A stretch of DNA of 64,000 nt from Candidatus Dojkabacteria bacterium (GTDB lineage Bacteria; Patescibacteriota; Dojkabacteria; J137), in the NCBI GenBank assembly GCA_040006935.1, contig JBDTVZ010000001.1, forward strand, positions 231,772-295,771, given 5' to 3'. The position numbers were made by a program, and so were the translations under genes. The number at the start of each line of letters is the position of its first letter. Position 1 is the first letter of the stretch. The notes under the pieces were generated by a model. The model worked only from the letters and a program-made list of their open reading frames with translations. It had not been told where the DNA came from and did no database searches. Shown here piece by piece: positions 37,974 to 47,632 of the stretch.

Positions 37974-38284
37974 TGTAGGAGGTTAAAAAATAAGAAAATC
38001 CCATTTCTGGGATTTCAAGTTTTATTGTTGAATACTAATAATACAGAGTGCTGTAGTTTCTAGGTTAACTTGATTCATAAATGAGATTGCTCTGTAAATA
38101 AAATTAATACTTAACTTTATCTAAAGAGATGATATTATCTTTTGACATCATTTACAAAAAAATTTATTCCCCTTATAGTATTCGATATCTTGACTGATTA
38201 GGGAATGAAGGTGAGTGTTTTTGAAGGGAAAATGAAGAACCGAGAAAGCTCGGAAGCTCTCTCGGCAAATGTTAAATAAAATTA

Positions 38285-38830
38285 TTAGTAAAGGCCACCT
38301 TTTGGTCCACCCATTCCATAGCCCGGTCCCTTTGCAAAACCTGCATCTTTTTGTGCTTGAATAGTGCTCTGTACTTCCTCTAAAGTTGTATTTAAGCCTT
38401 TTGCATTTAAAGCATCTACTATTGATTGACCCATTCGAGTTCTCATTTCATTCATCTTTGCTTTTCTCTGAGTTTCTGTTAATCCGGATAAATCTGGCTT
38501 CTGATCAGTTTGATTAGCTTTCAATTCTGGCATTACATCAATCATTGCGATTAAGATATCTGCCTGCCTTTGAGTAAGTTTTCCAGCAGTTACTGCCTGC
38601 GCAATTTCTGTTTTTCGAGCAGCGTCTCTTTCTGCTTTTAGGTCGATGTGAACTGAACTCACTGCATCCTGAACTGTTGTTACGTCTAAACCTAATTTAG
38701 TTGCCAACCTTTGCACGAATTCTGTTGGAGTTCCAGTATCCGCTGCTGCGAAAACGAGCGATGGTGCAATTACACCAAGCGCTCCTATAGCAGCAATACC
38801 AAGGGCTCCCACCAATAGTTTCTTTTTCAT
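38285..38830 (-). CDS. Secreted hypothetical protein immediately upstream of the giant gene
   Basis: Signal peptide MKKKLLVGALGIAAIGALG, helical and charged, Gly-rich C-terminus. Confidence 0.4.
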   Translation of the reverse strand: MKKKLLVGALGIAAIGALGVIAPSLVFAAADTGTPTEFVQRLATKLGLDVTTVQDAVSSVHIDLKAERDAARKTEIAQAVTAGKLTQRQADILIAMIDVMPELKANQTDQKPDLSGLTETQRKAKMNEMRTRMGQSIVDALNAKGLNTTLEEVQSTIQAQKDAGFAKGPGYGMGGPKGGLY

Positions 38831-39005
38831 ATATTTGTTTCTAAAAATTAAACCATCTAACTCATCTCGTCGACTAGATTCTTATTAGATCACTTTATAT
38901 TAAACCTGACTAATGAATTTGTTATGAACTTGTTAAGAAGATGGGAAGAAAATGCAAACAGGATTATGCTTCACGGAAAGAGGAGAGTTGCTGTATAATT
39001 AAAGT

Positions 39006-39620
39006 ATGAATATGGGAATTGTAGAACAATATACAGAAACATTAGATAAGAACTCATTAAGAGGTATTTTTCTTCCTGACGGAACAGAATTAGAAATTGA
39101 TTTTGAAAACCCAGAAATTAATCTCGTTCCTGGACAACCTATTATTATTGAATATGAAGATGGTAGGCAAATACAGTTAATGCTTCAAGAAGGGATGAAA
39201 TATGAACCAGAAAGATTTTTGAGCAATAATGTAGATGTCTTAGATTCTGTCGAGAGATATAAGGACTGGGTAGAAATGTTAAAAGAGAGGGAGGGGGTGG
39301 AAGAACTTACAACAAAGCAGAAGCAATTTCTTGCAAGCAGAGCTCTTATGAGCATAAGACAATCAGAGCTTAGGAGAGGGAGTGTTATTCAGATTTCGAA
39401 TTTAAATCCTTTAAATGGGAAAGTAACAACACAGGCCTCTGACCCGATACCAGGATTTTTACTGAATTTAGGTACATTAAGATGCAATGCTGTGGATATT
39501 AGCCAAGAGGGTGTTATAAAATCAGTAAAAATAGCAATTTCTCCAGACTATGGGATACCAATGGGATATGATTTTGACAGGTTAACTTCTCTTCCTTCCC
39601 TTATCGCTGCCACTAGTTGA
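39006..39620 (+). CDS. Hypothetical protein
   Basis: 204-aa ORF. Confidence 0.3.
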   Translation: MNMGIVEQYTETLDKNSLRGIFLPDGTELEIDFENPEINLVPGQPIIIEYEDGRQIQLMLQEGMKYEPERFLSNNVDVLDSVERYKDWVEMLKEREGVEELTTKQKQFLASRALMSIRQSELRRGSVIQISNLNPLNGKVTTQASDPIPGFLLNLGTLRCNAVDISQEGVIKSVKIAISPDYGIPMGYDFDRLTSLPSLIAATS

Positions 39621-39674
39621 TGACAAATGAAGTGATTTTTGATATAATATAGTATTATTTATTTACTGTATTAA

Positions 39675-40439
39675 ATGGCAGATTTAGCATTACTAGACAA
39701 CCAAAAGCCACTTTCTATTGTTGAGAAGTATAATAGAGTGAAGTTGATAGTTATCGGGAATTTAGGTGTAGACCATTCTGAGAAGATTATTGCTAGATTA
39801 CAAGAAAATATGTCTGACGATAGGCCTTTATCATCAAAATTATTAGATCTTTCTCCAGATTTTAGTAAAAAGATTCAAACTCTAGCGATAAGCATGGTTC
39901 ATAAAGTTATAGAATATCTTAAAAGCCACGAAGATCAATTATACGAAGAATCTCCTGACAGAGCATTTGTGAGATTAATAGAGACTATTCTGGGAAAAGA
40001 TGGTATTTCTTCTGCAACAAGCGGAATAGGCATAGATGAAAAAGGTTTACAGAACCACAAACCATTTATGGAAGATACATTACCATTTATTACAGAATCT
40101 CTAAATGATAATGAAATTAAGAGAATCTTAGGTGACTGGTCTCAAAATATCAATTTAAAAGAACTTCTAAGAATTTCCTTAGACGAAGAGATTGATGCTA
40201 CTTCTTATAAAGTTATATTTGAAAGCGTAATTGAAGAATACTGTATAAGAGCTGGGAAAAATATGCCAACCCCGAAACAAATAGATGACTTATTTCGGCT
40301 TTACATAGATTATCTGAGAGATCTGAGCAAAAGAACTTATATTGAGACTATGGATTATGTAGATGACTTGATTGCTAATATAATTACAACAGTAATTGGA
40401 TTTCAAATGATCCTAAGATCTATGGATATGAGTATGTAA
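39675..40439 (+). CDS. Hypothetical protein
   Basis: 254-aa ORF. Confidence 0.3.
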   Translation: MADLALLDNQKPLSIVEKYNRVKLIVIGNLGVDHSEKIIARLQENMSDDRPLSSKLLDLSPDFSKKIQTLAISMVHKVIEYLKSHEDQLYEESPDRAFVRLIETILGKDGISSATSGIGIDEKGLQNHKPFMEDTLPFITESLNDNEIKRILGDWSQNINLKELLRISLDEEIDATSYKVIFESVIEEYCIRAGKNMPTPKQIDDLFRLYIDYLRDLSKRTYIETMDYVDDLIANIITTVIGFQMILRSMDMSM

Positions 40440-40457
40440 TAATTAGATTATTATCTA

Positions 40458-40492
40458 AGCGCCATTTGATTCCAATCAAATGGCGCTTTTTT
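40458..40492. terminator. Strong bidirectional rho-independent terminator
   Basis: AGCGCCATTTGATT-CCA-ATCAAATGGCGCT followed by TTTTTT, between convergent genes. Confidence 0.6.
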
Positions 40493-40496
40493 ACGA

Positions 40497-41315
40497 TTAT
40501 TCTTTTCTTCCAAACTTCAAGTAGACCTCAAATAACTCAATCCACTCTTCAAATTTGATTTCAGTAGGTCTTTTATTCAAATTGATTCCGTTATTTCTAG
40601 AAATAATTACGAGCTGTTTGTATGTAAAGAAATTTTTTAAAGAATGCCTAATGTCTTGTTTCCAGCTTGTAAAACAGTATGTTAGAAATTTAAGATATTC
40701 AGCCTTTGAGTTTTTTGGAATAATTGGCGGTTCTCTTTTTTTAATATTGATTACGGAAACTTCAACACTTGGAATTGGATAAAAATCACTTTTATGCAAA
40801 TGCATAATTACCCTACTTTCAAACCACGGTTTATATCTCATTGAGAATAAATTTTCCGAATTCCTTGATCCAGTTAGTCTTAAAGCCGCTTCCCTTTGAA
40901 TAATTAATGTAATTTCTATTGGTGGATTTGGTGCTTCTAAAAGTTTTCTAAAAATTTCTGATGTTAGTGCAAAAGGAATATTTCCTACTACTTTGTAATT
41001 TTTATTGAGAGGAAGTTGAAATTTAAGGAAATCCTGATTTATAAACTCAATATTAGATTGCTCACTGAAACTTTCACTCAATTTAATGTGCAAATCTTTA
41101 TCTTTCTCTATTGCAAGGAGCTTCCCACAGTGGTTAATTATATGCTCTGTTAAGGCTCCTTTCCCAGGTCCAATTTCAATTACAACATCGGTCTTTTGAA
41201 AGTGACACAGGCGGACAATCTCTACCGCAAGTCTTCGCGTTTTTATAAAATTTTGTGAATATCTAATGTGATATGGATTAGTTCGTTGAATCCTCGAACG
41301 AGAAAATCTCTTCAT
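40497..41315 (-). CDS. rRNA adenine N6-(di)methyltransferase, KsgA/Dim1/Erm family (full-length collinear with ErmC)
   Basis: YSQNFI, VIEIGPGKGALTE (SAM-binding) and GNIPFALTSEIF (NxPY-type). The C-terminal GINLN...EIKFEEWIELFEVY parallels the ErmC C-terminal domain. Housekeeping KsgA has the same fold and cannot be excluded. Confidence 0.75.
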   Translation of the reverse strand: MKRFSRSRIQRTNPYHIRYSQNFIKTRRLAVEIVRLCHFQKTDVVIEIGPGKGALTEHIINHCGKLLAIEKDKDLHIKLSESFSEQSNIEFINQDFLKFQLPLNKNYKVVGNIPFALTSEIFRKLLEAPNPPIEITLIIQREAALRLTGSRNSENLFSMRYKPWFESRVIMHLHKSDFYPIPSVEVSVINIKKREPPIIPKNSKAEYLKFLTYCFTSWKQDIRHSLKNFFTYKQLVIISRNNGINLNKRPTEIKFEEWIELFEVYLKFGRKE

Positions 41316-41558
41316 AATATATAAATAAAAAATATAGCCTTGACGGCAAAATAAGAAATTTTTTAGATCTCTTAAGCTATTTTTGATTTATATATTTACG
41401 TTCATTATGAAGTGGTAAGTTAGTTTTGATTATACCATAGCAGAATAAGATCTGGAGTATTTTATTTGATACTCTGGCTTTGGAATATTAATCCATTGAA
41501 TTATTATATATAGATTGGTAATATACATTGTTTCTTATTAACCCTATGCTTTCTAAAT

Positions 41559-42719
41559 ATGTCCGACATAATCGAAAATAACTTACTCAAACCTTCCCAA
41601 GGACATCTAACATGGGGAAATGAGATTACCTTGGAACCTAATATTATCGAAGGAGCGGAGGAAAACAGTGTTTTAAAAATCCAACCAGAAGTTGTGAACA
41701 TTTTTGACGATGAAGGCTGTCTACTTACTTTGAAAATTATTTACCATCTATCGCCCTCAATAACTACCGCTGAAAAAATTGAGATTAATACTATAACTTT
41801 GGGAGATTTTGGTCAAAATGACCCTATTAGAATGTGGATGACTGCAAGCCTAACTTCATCTCTTCTGAGTACTCCTGAATATTTAAGAGTAAGGTTAATG
41901 CAAGCAAAAAATATATATGGTACTGACGCTAGAATCAAATTAGATACACTTTTATATAATTGCTTGAATACTATACATAATACTGACCTAAAAGGGAAAT
42001 ATTCAGTTGGGAACATTCATAATTCTGTGAAGTGGCAAAAACTTCCTCCGGAAATTGTAGATGAAGTACAAAGAAGAATTAATAATCATTTACCTATAAA
42101 TTATCAATATTTAAATTATTTACTTGAAACACTAAATGTTCCAGAATTAAGCGCATTACAGGAAGCAGAACTTATTAGTCAACGTGCAATGGATCAGATG
42201 AATAGAAGCACAGATCATAAGATCAAAGTGGCAACTGGTAGTTTGGCTAAATCTATACAAAGTATTTACAAATCACTTTTAGAATTACTTCCTAGTATTG
42301 AGTTTAGGATAAACGATAAGGGGCTGGTGCTACTAGCAGATATCGATTATTACATGGGGAATTTTATAATCAATTTCAATAATCACTTAATTAGTGATCA
42401 AGCTGTGATTAATTTCGGTGCTTCCATTGTAGATTTAATACAAGTTGTTTTGAAAAGAAGTAAATCTTATATCACAGCGTCCGAGCTATCGATTATGAAT
42501 GCAATTGTTAGCGAAGAAATAATTAAAAGACTTTATAATGTAATAAAAGAATTTGATCCGCTATTAATAACAATGACTTTGGGGGAATTCGCAAGTAGTA
42601 TATATGATTTAAGTTCCAATAATTCAGATACTAATTTAAAGGAAATGCTCACAAAATCGGATAATTCTGCTCCGAGAATAGCAAGTTTACTTAAAATGAA
42701 GAGAATGTTCGAACAATAG
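41559..42719 (+). CDS. Hypothetical protein
   Basis: 386-aa ORF. Confidence 0.3.
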   Translation: MSDIIENNLLKPSQGHLTWGNEITLEPNIIEGAEENSVLKIQPEVVNIFDDEGCLLTLKIIYHLSPSITTAEKIEINTITLGDFGQNDPIRMWMTASLTSSLLSTPEYLRVRLMQAKNIYGTDARIKLDTLLYNCLNTIHNTDLKGKYSVGNIHNSVKWQKLPPEIVDEVQRRINNHLPINYQYLNYLLETLNVPELSALQEAELISQRAMDQMNRSTDHKIKVATGSLAKSIQSIYKSLLELLPSIEFRINDKGLVLLADIDYYMGNFIINFNNHLISDQAVINFGASIVDLIQVVLKRSKSYITASELSIMNAIVSEEIIKRLYNVIKEFDPLLITMTLGEFASSIYDLSSNNSDTNLKEMLTKSDNSAPRIASLLKMKRMFEQ

Positions 42720-42814
42720 CACTTGATTATTTAAAGGGTTCATATTACAATACCAGTATGGTATATTTAAATTCCTGCCAAAACTTCTTGATCGCTCGAA
42801 AATCCGGCATAGTT

Positions 42815-42875
42815 TGCTAGCCTAATTGCACGCCTACCTAACGGCAGGCAAGCCTATTTGGCTGCAGCAAACTTA
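42815..42875. repeat. GC-rich island (repeat family member R2) in the promoter region of the second ABC-F gene
   Basis: GCACGCCTACCTAACGGCAGGCAAGCCTATTTGGCTGCAGC stands out in AT-rich DNA. Confidence 0.35.
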
Positions 42876-42894
42876 CTTTCCTTACCTTAAATTT

Positions 42895-44331
42895 ATGATA
42901 CGAGCAAATAATCTTACAATTACATATGCAAAACTTATTTTTGGGAATCTCTCTTTTACCTTAGGTAACAACGAAAAGGTAGGTCTTGTAGGCCTTAATG
43001 GATCTGGAAAAACTACTTTATTACGAATTCTAATTGGTTTAGAGAAAGCAGATGTAGGTTCTGTAGAATTACAAAATGAAAAGATCTCATACTTACCACA
43101 AGAATATACTTTTGATGAGAGGCTTTTAGTTGGGGAATTTTTAGAAGAACTTCTAGATAATCCTAAAAATGAGATGTATATAGTGAACAGGATACTGGCA
43201 AAGCTACAATTTGATGTAGATATTTACCAAGAAATTAAAACATTAAGTGAAGGGCAAAAGATGAAGCTTTACTTAACTAAATTACTGACCGAAGAGCCTA
43301 CAATTTTGCTGCTCGACGAACCGACAAATCATCTAGATATAGATGGAATTATTTGGTTAGAAAGTTTTATAAAATGTTTCGAGGGGATTTGCATAATTAT
43401 TTCTCATGATAGAGAGTTTCTTAACAGCACAATCGATACAGTTTTCGAAATTGATGAGAATCAATTATTTGTATACAAAGGTAACTATGATGATTATTTA
43501 AAGCAAAAAGATGAATATTTAGAAAAAAGAAGTAACCAATACGTTTTACAAGAGAAGAAGAGAGAGAAGTTAGAGAACTTACTTCTTACAGCATATAAAA
43601 TTTCTAATGGGAGGAGACAATCAAAAGCTTTAAGCGCTGCCAGACATAGAATGGAAAGAGAAGTGACGCGAAATGAAATATCAACGTACAAGGAAGAAAA
43701 AATTGAAGGTTTAGATCTAAAAGGTTTTGTTCATAATAATAAATTTGTTTTAAAAATTCGAAACCTTAACTTTTCTTATAAAGATAAAATTATTTTCAAA
43801 AACGCAAATTTTGACATGTTTGGGAAAGAAAGAGTGTGGTTTTACGGTCATAATGGAATTGGGAAAACCACATTTGTAAAACTGATATTAAATATGCTCA
43901 AACCTGAAAGTGGCGAAATACGAATAGGTAACGCTTTAAGATATGTATACTTTTCGCAGGATCAATCACATTTGGACATGGAAGATACTGTTGAAAATTA
44001 TTTCATTACCCATACAGGAGTTTCATACGATAGTTCTTTTGGTGTTTTAGAAAAATTTTTATTTTCAAAGGATTTTAGAAAATCTAAGATAAAAACCTTA
44101 AGTCCAGGACAGAGAGCAAGGTTAACTTTTGCAGTTTTTTCTATGAAAGAGTACGATTTTATGATTTTAGACGAGCCAACTAATCATTTGGATATTAAAT
44201 CTAAAGAAGTAATTGAAGAAGCATTGCGTGATTTTCAAGGGGCAATATTACTAATTTCTCATGATCGATATTTTGTAGATTCTGTGGGTTACAATAGAAA
44301 AATTACAATAAAAGATAAGAAATTAATTTAA
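42895..44331 (+). CDS. ABC-F family ATPase (second paralogue)
   Basis: Walker A GLNGSGKTT and GHNGIGKTT. Signature LSEGQKMKL and LSPGQRARL. Walker B LLLDEPTNHLD twice. Start placed at MIRANNL because the 23-aa ORF-track extension runs over the GC-rich island. Confidence 0.8.
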   Translation: MIRANNLTITYAKLIFGNLSFTLGNNEKVGLVGLNGSGKTTLLRILIGLEKADVGSVELQNEKISYLPQEYTFDERLLVGEFLEELLDNPKNEMYIVNRILAKLQFDVDIYQEIKTLSEGQKMKLYLTKLLTEEPTILLLDEPTNHLDIDGIIWLESFIKCFEGICIIISHDREFLNSTIDTVFEIDENQLFVYKGNYDDYLKQKDEYLEKRSNQYVLQEKKREKLENLLLTAYKISNGRRQSKALSAARHRMEREVTRNEISTYKEEKIEGLDLKGFVHNNKFVLKIRNLNFSYKDKIIFKNANFDMFGKERVWFYGHNGIGKTTFVKLILNMLKPESGEIRIGNALRYVYFSQDQSHLDMEDTVENYFITHTGVSYDSSFGVLEKFLFSKDFRKSKIKTLSPGQRARLTFAVFSMKEYDFMILDEPTNHLDIKSKEVIEEALRDFQGAILLISHDRYFVDSVGYNRKITIKDKKLI

Positions 44332-44434
44332 ACAAGACTTTGATATCACTCCAGGTACAAGGTATATAAACGTTCACTGGTAATGATTCTCGATCGGGTG
44401 TATAGTTAGGTATCTTACTTTTTATCTTTTACAT

Positions 44435-44680
44435 ATGGGACTACTATTATCATTAATCGTAGGATTAATCGCAGGAGCTTTAGCTGGAAAGTTTATAGAA
44501 GGTAGAGGTTTCGGTTTGGTTGGAGACACAGTTGTAGGATTAGTCGGTGGATTAATCGGTGACGTTTTATTCGGATTACTAGGATTGGGAGCAAACGGAT
44601 CACTACTAGGAGAAGTTGTTGTCGCATTCATTGGTGCATGTGTTCTACTTGCAATAGTGAAAGCTTTCAAAGCTGCTTAA
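44435..44680 (+). CDS. GlsB/YeaQ/YmgE family (transglycosylase-associated) small membrane protein
   Basis: Repeated GxxxG pattern over 81 aa (LIVGLIAGALAG...GLVGGLIGDVLFGLLGLG). Confidence 0.7.
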   Translation: MGLLLSLIVGLIAGALAGKFIEGRGFGLVGDTVVGLVGGLIGDVLFGLLGLGANGSLLGEVVVAFIGACVLLAIVKAFKAA

Positions 44681-44699
44681 TAGTATAAAAGAGCAATTT

Positions 44700-44735
44700 A
44701 AGAGTTCCGGGGATTATTCTTCGGAACTCTTTTCT
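44700..44735. terminator. Bidirectional hairpin terminator
   Basis: AAGAGTTCCG-loop-CGGAACTCTT followed by TTTCT. Confidence 0.5.
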
Positions 44736-45270
44736 AATTTATATGATGTTCTTGATTTACCTTCACAATTAGATTATTAATCTCTTCCGAACTCATTACT
44801 ATAAGTCCAAGTTCTGTCGCGATCGATTCCATTGTATCCCTAACAATATCACCTCGTTCTTCCGGTTTAATTATTCTTTCAATTTCAAAGTGATATTTCC
44901 AATCCTCGCTATACTTTAGAGCAATTATTACATCTTTATAAAGATAATTTGTTCTCTTTTGATTGCTTCGCTGAACGTTTGTATACCCAAGCTCAGTAAA
45001 AATTCTTACAGTACCCTCAAAGTCCTCTGGATTTATCGGAATACTAAGCTCTTCTGCAAGCACCTCGGATGATAGTGCATTTTTATAAACGATCTTTGCA
45101 GTATTCTTGGATAAATATTTTGTAACTTTCAAGTTAATATTAGGAATAATAAAGAAAGCAACTTCTCGATCGTCAGGCCATTCTTTGGAACTTTCTTTAG
45201 ATAAGCGAGCTTTGACTTCATTAAATTTAATTTCTTCAAGTTGTCCTCTAAGTTCTAATTTAACGGCCAT
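44734..45270 (-). CDS. Hypothetical protein, possibly CYTH-like
   Basis: 178 aa. N-terminal E-rich beta-strand pattern LELRGQLEEIKF. Weak. Confidence 0.25.
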   Translation of the reverse strand: MAVKLELRGQLEEIKFNEVKARLSKESSKEWPDDREVAFFIIPNINLKVTKYLSKNTAKIVYKNALSSEVLAEELSIPINPEDFEGTVRIFTELGYTNVQRSNQKRTNYLYKDVIIALKYSEDWKYHFEIERIIKPEERGDIVRDTMESIATELGLIVMSSEEINNLIVKVNQEHHIN

Positions 45271-45334
45271 GAGTATATTATTTAAAAACCATTACTCTAT
45301 TTTACATCAAATATTATTTAGATGTGAGTAGACT

Positions 45335-46015
45335 ATGGGAATACAATTTGCGATTATATATATGCTTATTAAACTATCTTATAATAGATTTATGAATAGA
45401 CTCAGTATCTCAACGATTTTTCTAATATTAGTTAACCTTTTTACCATTGGTGTTGCTATCTGGCAAAATTGGTCTGGAGGAGAGGTGGTTCTACTTTACT
45501 ATATTCAGAGTTTAGTGATAGGGTTTTTTCAATTTTTTAAAATTCTAGATTTACAGAATTTCACAACTGAAGGAGTTTTAGTAAATGGAAATCCTGCAGC
45601 AGCTACAAGTGCAACTAAATATTTCTTCGCTGGGTTTTTTGTTGTGCATTATGGAATGTTTCATTTAGTTTATTTATTCTTTTTATTTGCCTTTATAAAC
45701 ATAGGTTTATTTCAACTCCTATTTTCACCATATTTTTTAATCTCAGTTTTATTGATTGTTTCTAATCATGCAATATCTTTTATTACAAATAGAGAAGAAG
45801 ATAGAAAGCGAAGGGTAAATATTGGGAAAATATTTATATTACCCTACGCAAGGATACTACCCATGCATTTGATTATTATCTTAATGGGATTTTTTACTGT
45901 AAATAAATCTGGAAACATGAATTTATTAATAGCATTTATGGCATTGAAGACAATCGCCGATGTAATTACTCACAATATTGAACATAGCGTGCAGAAAGAT
46001 GAGATTAAAAGCTAA
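45335..46015 (+). CDS. Polytopic membrane protein, hypothetical
   Basis: Multiple hydrophobic helices. Confidence 0.4.
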   Translation: MGIQFAIIYMLIKLSYNRFMNRLSISTIFLILVNLFTIGVAIWQNWSGGEVVLLYYIQSLVIGFFQFFKILDLQNFTTEGVLVNGNPAAATSATKYFFAGFFVVHYGMFHLVYLFFLFAFINIGLFQLLFSPYFLISVLLIVSNHAISFITNREEDRKRRVNIGKIFILPYARILPMHLIIILMGFFTVNKSGNMNLLIAFMALKTIADVITHNIEHSVQKDEIKS

Positions 46016-46016
46016 G

Positions 46017-46814
46017 CTAACCTTCTAAAGCTTTCTTACTCTCTAAGGCTTGTATTAAGTCTTCATGTTCAAAAACTACTATTCCACCTCTATCAGAAAA
46101 TTCTTTTATAACTGGAATTAATGGTATTGTAATATCATCTTCAGCACCTAGTGCGCATGAGAAGCTGCGGAAATCGCCAAATTGAGTTTTCCCAGATAAA
46201 TGAATTATATCTTGACTAGGGTCTAATTGACTTATTAGAATTGTAATAAAATCATAAATTTCATTTATAGTTTCTTGTTCTATCTCTCCACCTTTTTTTC
46301 TTGGATACATTATTCTTCCAATATCAAATACAAAAGGAATATGATGAAGGGTAGCCATATGGAATGCTCTCATAACATGCTTTGGATCAAATACTTTTGT
46401 CTTGGAATTTTCGACACCAATGATTAGTCCTGGAATCTTGGGGATATCATTCATAAATAGAGGCTTCACAGCAACTCCGTTTACACCTTCAGGAACATGA
46501 ATTGTTTTAATTGGAATCTCGTCTTCATAATGTATTAGTCCAACTACTTTTAAATGTGGAGATTTAAGATTAACTATATTTTCAACTGCATTAATAATTC
46601 CTGGAGTTAGATCGTTTAAATTTGGGAGGTGAATAACAACACTCTCTAAGTCACTTTTGTTAATAGCTATGATCAAATCATTCAAGTATTCCACATCAAT
46701 ATATTTTTCATTGATATATAGTTGTATACTTTTAAAGTTATTCTCTTGAGCTATCTCAACTGTTCGAATTAGGTCAAAATCTGGTGCAGCTGAGCTTGCG
46801 AATGCAGAAGTCAT
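46017..46814 (-). CDS. Xylose-isomerase-like TIM-barrel protein (AP endonuclease family 2-like)
   Basis: HLPNLN, LIIGVENSK and VFDIGR blocks resemble the Nfo/sugar-phosphate isomerase fold. Weak. Confidence 0.3.
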   Translation of the reverse strand: MTSAFASSAAPDFDLIRTVEIAQENNFKSIQLYINEKYIDVEYLNDLIIAINKSDLESVVIHLPNLNDLTPGIINAVENIVNLKSPHLKVVGLIHYEDEIPIKTIHVPEGVNGVAVKPLFMNDIPKIPGLIIGVENSKTKVFDPKHVMRAFHMATLHHIPFVFDIGRIMYPRKKGGEIEQETINEIYDFITILISQLDPSQDIIHLSGKTQFGDFRSFSCALGAEDDITIPLIPVIKEFSDRGGIVVFEHEDLIQALESKKALEG

Positions 46815-46914
46815 ATATTATTGGTATATAAATAGTATTACGGATTATAGTATTCTGAAGAATGATAGTCAATCTCTTAGATTGCTGTATAATTTATAAA
46901 TATTAAGAAATCAT

Positions 46915-47523
46915 ATGACAAACCATTTAGAAAAAATCGAAACTATAAAATTCCCTACAATCTACGGACAATTTAATCTCACAACTTACAGCACTGCATA
47001 TTCGAAACAACCAATTATGAAGTATGTAATTGTTTTAGAATCGAAAAAACAAAGCGATATTCCTTTAGTTCGTATACAATCCGCTTGTTTATTTGGCGAG
47101 ACTTTTAGAACAACCCAATGTGATTGTGGTACGCAGCTAGATATGAGTTTAAAATTATTATCTGAACAGGGTGGAATTTTATTTTATCTTGATCAAGAGG
47201 GTAGAGGACATGGAATTTTTAATAAAACTAGGGAATTGAAGTTACAGGAAGATGATTTGGATACTGTAGAGGCAAGTGAAAGACTTAATCTACAACCAGA
47301 CGAAAGAGATTACCAAGTAGTTATAGATATTCTCCACGAAATGAATATTAGAAAAATAAAATTAATTACAAATAATCCAAGAAAACTTATTGCATTTGAA
47401 TCAAGTGATATTGAATTGGTCGAAAGAGTTCCATTAGAAGTCGAAGTAACTATAGATAATTCAAAATATTTACATGCTAAAAAGCATAAGTTGGGACATT
47501 TATTAGGAAAGTATGTGAAGTAA
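46915..47523 (+). CDS. ribA: GTP cyclohydrolase II
   Basis: RIQSACLFGETFRTTQCDCGTQL, LDQEGRGHG, KLITNNPRK. Confidence 0.8.
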   Translation: MTNHLEKIETIKFPTIYGQFNLTTYSTAYSKQPIMKYVIVLESKKQSDIPLVRIQSACLFGETFRTTQCDCGTQLDMSLKLLSEQGGILFYLDQEGRGHGIFNKTRELKLQEDDLDTVEASERLNLQPDERDYQVVIDILHEMNIRKIKLITNNPRKLIAFESSDIELVERVPLEVEVTIDNSKYLHAKKHKLGHLLGKYVK

Positions 47524-47582
47524 TTATTATCTGCTCATTCTCTTTATGTTTATAAATCAAAGGACATTGTCATCATTACTAA

Positions 47583-47609
47583 TTGACATATCCTTCCTCA
47601 GATTATAAA
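47583..47609 (+). promoter_or_regulatory. Candidate sigma-70-like promoter (TTGACA, 15 nt spacer, TATAAA)
   Basis: TTGACATATCCTTCCTCAGATTATAAA lies about 25 nt upstream of the 47633 start. Spacer is short. Confidence 0.3.
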
Positions 47610-47632
47610 ATCCCCTGAATTAATTAATAACC

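Noticed and set aside
37974-38284. Hairpin CCGAG-AAAG-CTCGG at about 38240..38253 as terminator of the 38285 gene
   Set aside because: It has a short stem and lacks a clear U-run on the relevant strand. It may just be part of the giant gene's promoter region.
41391-41405. Possible erm leader peptide MNVNI upstream of the methyltransferase gene
   Set aside because: Only 5 codons, no recognisable ribosome-binding site, and I could not find the paired inverted repeats needed for translational attenuation. Insufficient support.
42826-42894. 5' extension of the second ABC-F ORF
   Set aside because: The extension runs across the GC-rich repeat island and precedes the conserved N-terminus. ABC-F paralogue 1 starts right at the corresponding position.
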